From assembly GCA_965116905.1 (NCBI GenBank), contig OZ220732.1, forward strand, positions 3,968,001 through 4,032,000: 64,000 nucleotides of DNA, given 5' to 3'. The stretch's first letter is position 1. Every line of letters begins with the position of its first letter. A model generated the notes under the pieces. The model made no database searches, was not told the DNA's origin, and was given only the letters and a program-made list of their open reading frames with translations. Positions 60,801 to 64,000 of this stretch are shown piece by piece. Source of the stretch: Longimicrobiales bacterium (GTDB lineage: Bacteria > Gemmatimonadota > Gemmatimonadetes > Longimicrobiales > Gaopeijiaceae). Both the position numbers and the translations under genes were made by a program.

Positions 60801-61219
60801 AGCACCCAGACCTGGTGGCTCCCGGTCCGGTCGGAGGAGAACGCGATCTGCCGCCCGTCCGGGCTGTAGCGGGGGGACAGGTTCCATGAGCGTCCGGATG
60901 TCAGCGCGACGGCATCCCCGCCGAGGATCGGGACTTCGTATATCGTGCCGAGCAGGTCGAAGACGATGTGTTCGTCGTCGGGAGAGACGTCCACGCTCAT
61001 CCACGTGCCTTCGGTGGCCTCGAATGCCAGTTCGCGGACGGGACCGGTGTGGGCCTCGACGGTCCAGGAGGGCTGCTGGGCGTGAGCGGGGGCGGGCGCT
61101 GCAGCTTTGGCCGGGGCGGGCGCTGCAGCGTGGACGAAGGCGACCAACAGTGCCCCGACAGCCGCCGCCGGCGCAGAATCCGAACGGTGAGATACCGAGA
61201 AGCACGCGGTGGAATCCAT
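57807..61219 (-). pseudogene. Exported amidohydrolase with a TolB-like propeller, split by a -1 frameshift near 59365
   Basis: ORF 59351..61219 (signal peptide, EATEGTWMSVDVSPD, PD40 repeats) and ORF 57807..59417 (PGLIDAHAH, GLEH, GAHGQ, GSVEVGKLADLVVL) join as ...IVPFEPG-AEPVTVSP if one base is added in the G4 run. Could be a sequencing error. Confidence 0.75.
59803..59877. repeat. 15-bp tandem repeat x5, in frame
   Basis: CGTCAGCCGATCCCG-like units encoding GESGD-VGSAD-AGSAD-AGSGD-AGSAD. Confidence 0.9.
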
Positions 61220-61307
61220 CGGGGTCTCCTTGGTAGACGTGCGATGCCAGTTCAGCTACGCAACGTAGGTCCAACCGGTTCGTTGCGCCCGCCTTTCGGG
61301 AAGTCCC

Positions 61308-62771
61308 CTACTCGAAGAACACCTCCCGCACCTCCCGCGGCGCCGGCGCGGTCACCAAGCTCACCGTCACCAGCAGCACCAGGGACACCGCCGGGCCGAT
61401 CAGCGCCGGCCACAGTCCGGCGATCCAGTTGTCGAAGGTGCCGTGCTCCAGGTAGCCGAGCACGTACCACAGCACGCACGTCGCTGCCCCGCCGATCATC
61501 GCGACGAGGCCGCCGGTGCGGGTCGCCCGCGGCCACCACATCCCGAGCAGCAGCGGGAATGTGAACGCCGATGCCAGCAGGCTGAAGGACATCGTGACGA
61601 TGAATAGAATCGTTGCGGGCGGGTCGATCGCGACCCCCATCGCCAGCGCCCCGATCCCCAGCGTCGTCCAGCGCGCGAGACGCACGCCCCGCTCCTGGGA
61701 AACTTCGCTCTTTGCCAACGGCACATACAGGTTTTCCACCACCAGCGAACTCGCGAGCAGCAGCACCGAATCGATCGTGGACATCGTCGCGCCGAGCACC
61801 GCCGCGACCAGGACCCCGCCGAAGAGCGGGTGCAGGAGCAGCTGCACCAGCGTGGGCAGAGCGAGGTCGGTCTGTTCCAGGTCGGGTAGCAGCACGCCGG
61901 ACGCAATGGCGATAAGCGTCGAGCCGATGAAGATGAACGACGAAAAGCCGATCGAGTAGACGAGGGCGCGCCGCAGCGTCCCGCGGTCCTCGGGGATCAG
62001 GAAGCGGGTGACGGCCGCCGGGGCCCCGCCGATCTGGAAGAACCCCCAGACGAGGAACGACGACACCACCCACATCGCCGGCATTCCGCCGAGGAACGAG
62101 ATCCCGTCCGGGTTGAACTCCGCGTAGCGCAGGTGCATGTCGCCGAACCCGCCCGCCGCGTGGACGGCCACGGGCGCCAGGACCGCGAAGCCGACGATCA
62201 TGATCGAGCCCTGGATCAGGTCGGTCCACGCCACCGCGTGCATGCCGCCGATCACCGTGTACAGGATGACGATGCCCCCGAAGACGAACAGCGCCGGCAG
62301 ATACGGCATCCCCAGCAGCACCTCGAAGAGGTTGCCCGCCGCCTTCAGCTGCGCCGCGATCAGCGGGATGAACGCCACCAGCATGAGTCCGGTCGCGGTC
62401 ATCGCCACCGCGCGCCCCGGATAGCGCGCCTGGAAGACGTCGACGATCGTCGTGCACCGGATCCGCGACGCCAGCCGCCGCAGCCGCTCGCCCAGCAGGA
62501 TGTACGTGAACCACGCCGCCGCCGCCGAGGACACGCCCGCGGGCGCAAAATTGTACCCCAGTTCGCGCTCCGTGCCCACCGCGCCCATGTACGAGCTGCC
62601 GCTCATCTGCGTGGCCGAGTACGAGAACCCGAGCGTCGCCGGCCCCAGGTCGCCCCGCGCCAGAAAGAACTCCTGCCGTGAGCGGTTGCGTCGGTTGAAC
62701 CAGAAACCGAGGCCCATGAGGGCAGAGAAGTAGAGGATGAGAATGACGGTGTACAGGGTCGCCGTGGACAT
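61308..62771 (-). CDS. Sodium:solute symporter (SSS, PutP/PanF-like)
   Basis: EFFLA, SATQMSGSSYMG, YTVIGGMHAVAWTDLIQG and GATMSTIDSVLL motifs; about 13 TM helices. Confidence 0.92.
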   Translation of the reverse strand: MSTATLYTVILILYFSALMGLGFWFNRRNRSRQEFFLARGDLGPATLGFSYSATQMSGSSYMGAVGTERELGYNFAPAGVSSAAAAWFTYILLGERLRRLASRIRCTTIVDVFQARYPGRAVAMTATGLMLVAFIPLIAAQLKAAGNLFEVLLGMPYLPALFVFGGIVILYTVIGGMHAVAWTDLIQGSIMIVGFAVLAPVAVHAAGGFGDMHLRYAEFNPDGISFLGGMPAMWVVSSFLVWGFFQIGGAPAAVTRFLIPEDRGTLRRALVYSIGFSSFIFIGSTLIAIASGVLLPDLEQTDLALPTLVQLLLHPLFGGVLVAAVLGATMSTIDSVLLLASSLVVENLYVPLAKSEVSQERGVRLARWTTLGIGALAMGVAIDPPATILFIVTMSFSLLASAFTFPLLLGMWWPRATRTGGLVAMIGGAATCVLWYVLGYLEHGTFDNWIAGLWPALIGPAVSLVLLVTVSLVTAPAPREVREVFFE

Positions 62772-62811
62772 CGCCGCGCTCAGGAGGGGCCTTCTGCCAT
62801 GGGCTCCATGC

Positions 62812-63087
62812 TCAGCGCCCGGTGCGGGCGTGAAGGATGGCCGCCGCGATCACGAACCCATATCCCCCATATAGTACGACCCATACTCCCCAGTCGAGAT
62901 TGTATGGGCCCGCTGGCCAGTCCACCAGCAGCCCGATGCTCCCGCCGACCAGGAAGATCGCCATCAGGATCATCGAGACGACCGGGACGCGGGTCGGCGC
63001 CTCGGGGGTGCCGCCCGCCACGCCCTTGCCGCTCGCCTCGGCGCCGCCTCCGTGCGCCGCGCTCGCCCCCTGCGCCCGCGCGCTCAC
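62812..63087 (-). CDS. Small two-TM membrane protein (possible SSS accessory subunit)
   Basis: Two hydrophobic helices flanking DWPAGPYNLDWG. GTG start overlaps the dipeptidase stop; lies directly upstream of the SSS gene. Confidence 0.65.
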   Translation of the reverse strand: MSARAQGASAAHGGGAEASGKGVAGGTPEAPTRVPVVSMILMAIFLVGGSIGLLVDWPAGPYNLDWGVWVVLYGGYGFVIAAAILHARTGR

Positions 63088-64000
63088 TGCCACGCCTCCT
63101 TCAGCACGCGAATGATGTTCTCGCCCATCACCTTCGCGATGTCCTCGTCGCTGTAGTCCTCCTTCACCAGCCAGCGCAGGATGTTCTTCGAGCCCTCGGT
63201 CGGGTTCTCGATGCCCCGCACGTAGTCCACCGGGATGTGCTGGGGGGTGGAGCTTGCGGCGGCAGCAGCGGCAGCCGCCCCGGCGTCGCCCGCCCCCCCG
63301 GTCTGCGTCTCCTCGATCGACAGCGCCGCGGCGTACACCTTGTGCAGCCCGACGTGGTCTCCGTACAGGGTGTCCGGCCCGAACGCCACGTGGTCGATGC
63401 CGACGAGGTCTTTCACGTACTCGAAGTGGTCCATGAAGGACTCGATCCCGTGGCGCAGGTGCCGCGGCGAGACCGTGGTGTGTGGCGCCGCCTCGATCCC
63501 GATCACGCCGCCCTTGTCGGCCACCGCGCGGATCACGTTGTCGGGCGCGAGGCGCTTGATGTTCCAGAGCCCGCGGGCTCCGGTGTGGGTGAGGAAGATC
63601 GGGTGCCGGCTGACTTCGACGGTGTCGAGGGTGGTCTGGTCGCTCGCGTGCGCACAGTCGATGGCGAGGCCGACCTCGTTCATCCGGCGGACCGCCTTGC
63701 GCCCGAACGACGTCAGTCCCCCGTCACGCGTCTCCTTGAGGCCAGTGCCGAGGGCGTTGGACTCGCTGTAGGTGATCCCCAGCACCCGCAGGCCGATCCC
63801 GTAGAGGATCTCGATCCGGTCGAGCTCGTTCTCGATCATCGCCGCGCCCTCCTGGGCCGCCACCAGCGCAATCCGGCCCTCGTTGTGCGCCCGGTAAATG
63901 TCGTCCACGCGCTCGCACTTGATGATGAAGTCCTGGTGCGCGAGATCGCAGAAGCGCATCCCCATGTCGTAGATGATGTCGTCCCACTTCCACCCGTTCT
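63084..64000 (-). CDS. Membrane dipeptidase (peptidase M19), 5' end outside window
   Basis: QEGA, GLRVLGITY, GGLTSFG, IDCAH, THTG, GGVIGI, GIDHVAFGPD and KVMGEN motifs. Confidence 0.9.
   Translation of the reverse strand, partial: NGWKWDDIIYDMGMRFCDLAHQDFIIKCERVDDIYRAHNEGRIALVAAQEGAAMIENELDRIEILYGIGLRVLGITYSESNALGTGLKETRDGGLTSFGRKAVRRMNEVGLAIDCAHASDQTTLDTVEVSRHPIFLTHTGARGLWNIKRLAPDNVIRAVADKGGVIGIEAAPHTTVSPRHLRHGIESFMDHFEYVKDLVGIDHVAFGPDTLYGDHVGLHKVYAAALSIEETQTGGAGDAGAAAAAAAASSTPQHIPVDYVRGIENPTEGSKNILRWLVKEDYSDEDIAKVMGENIIRVLKEAWQ

Overview
High-GC (roughly 70% by eye) bacterial chromosomal segment, gene-dense and mostly encoded on the minus strand. Gene content and order suggest Gemmatimonadota, which is an inference. 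Left half: a long housekeeping operon (yebC-ruvCAB-queA-tgt-yajC-def-fmt-thiE-thiS-thiG-rsmB-PASTA-tlpA-ybbR-tsaD), a divergent EF-G paralogue, rhomboid, ddl, cystathionine beta-synthase, mutS, a CopA-type ATPase, holA, an ECF sigma/anti-sigma pair, a Nudix hydrolase and an M16 peptidase pair. Right half: SRAP, a deacylase plus GCS2-CBS ligase pair, an iodotyrosine-deiodinase-like flavoprotein, Leu/Phe/Val dehydrogenase, TerC, tRNA-Arg(CCG), RNase P RNA, tRNA-Lys(CTT), CstB-like and rhodanese sulfur genes, a BlaI plus M56-TonB2 pair, and a cluster of exported hydrolases and transporters. One amidohydrolase gene is split by a -1 frameshift. I see no transposase, integrase, prophage or CRISPR array. 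The best leads are: (1) an EF-G paralogue with three degenerate GTPase motifs behind a structured leader; (2) the CBS-fused gamma-glutamyl-type ligase/deacylase module next to a halotyrosine deiodinase homologue; (3) a sigma54-type promoter in front of the ECF sigma; (4) the BlaI/M56-TonB-TonB module with a visible operator; (5) many short tandem micro-duplications that keep the frame whenever they fall in genes. All calls come from manual motif recognition; no database searches were run.
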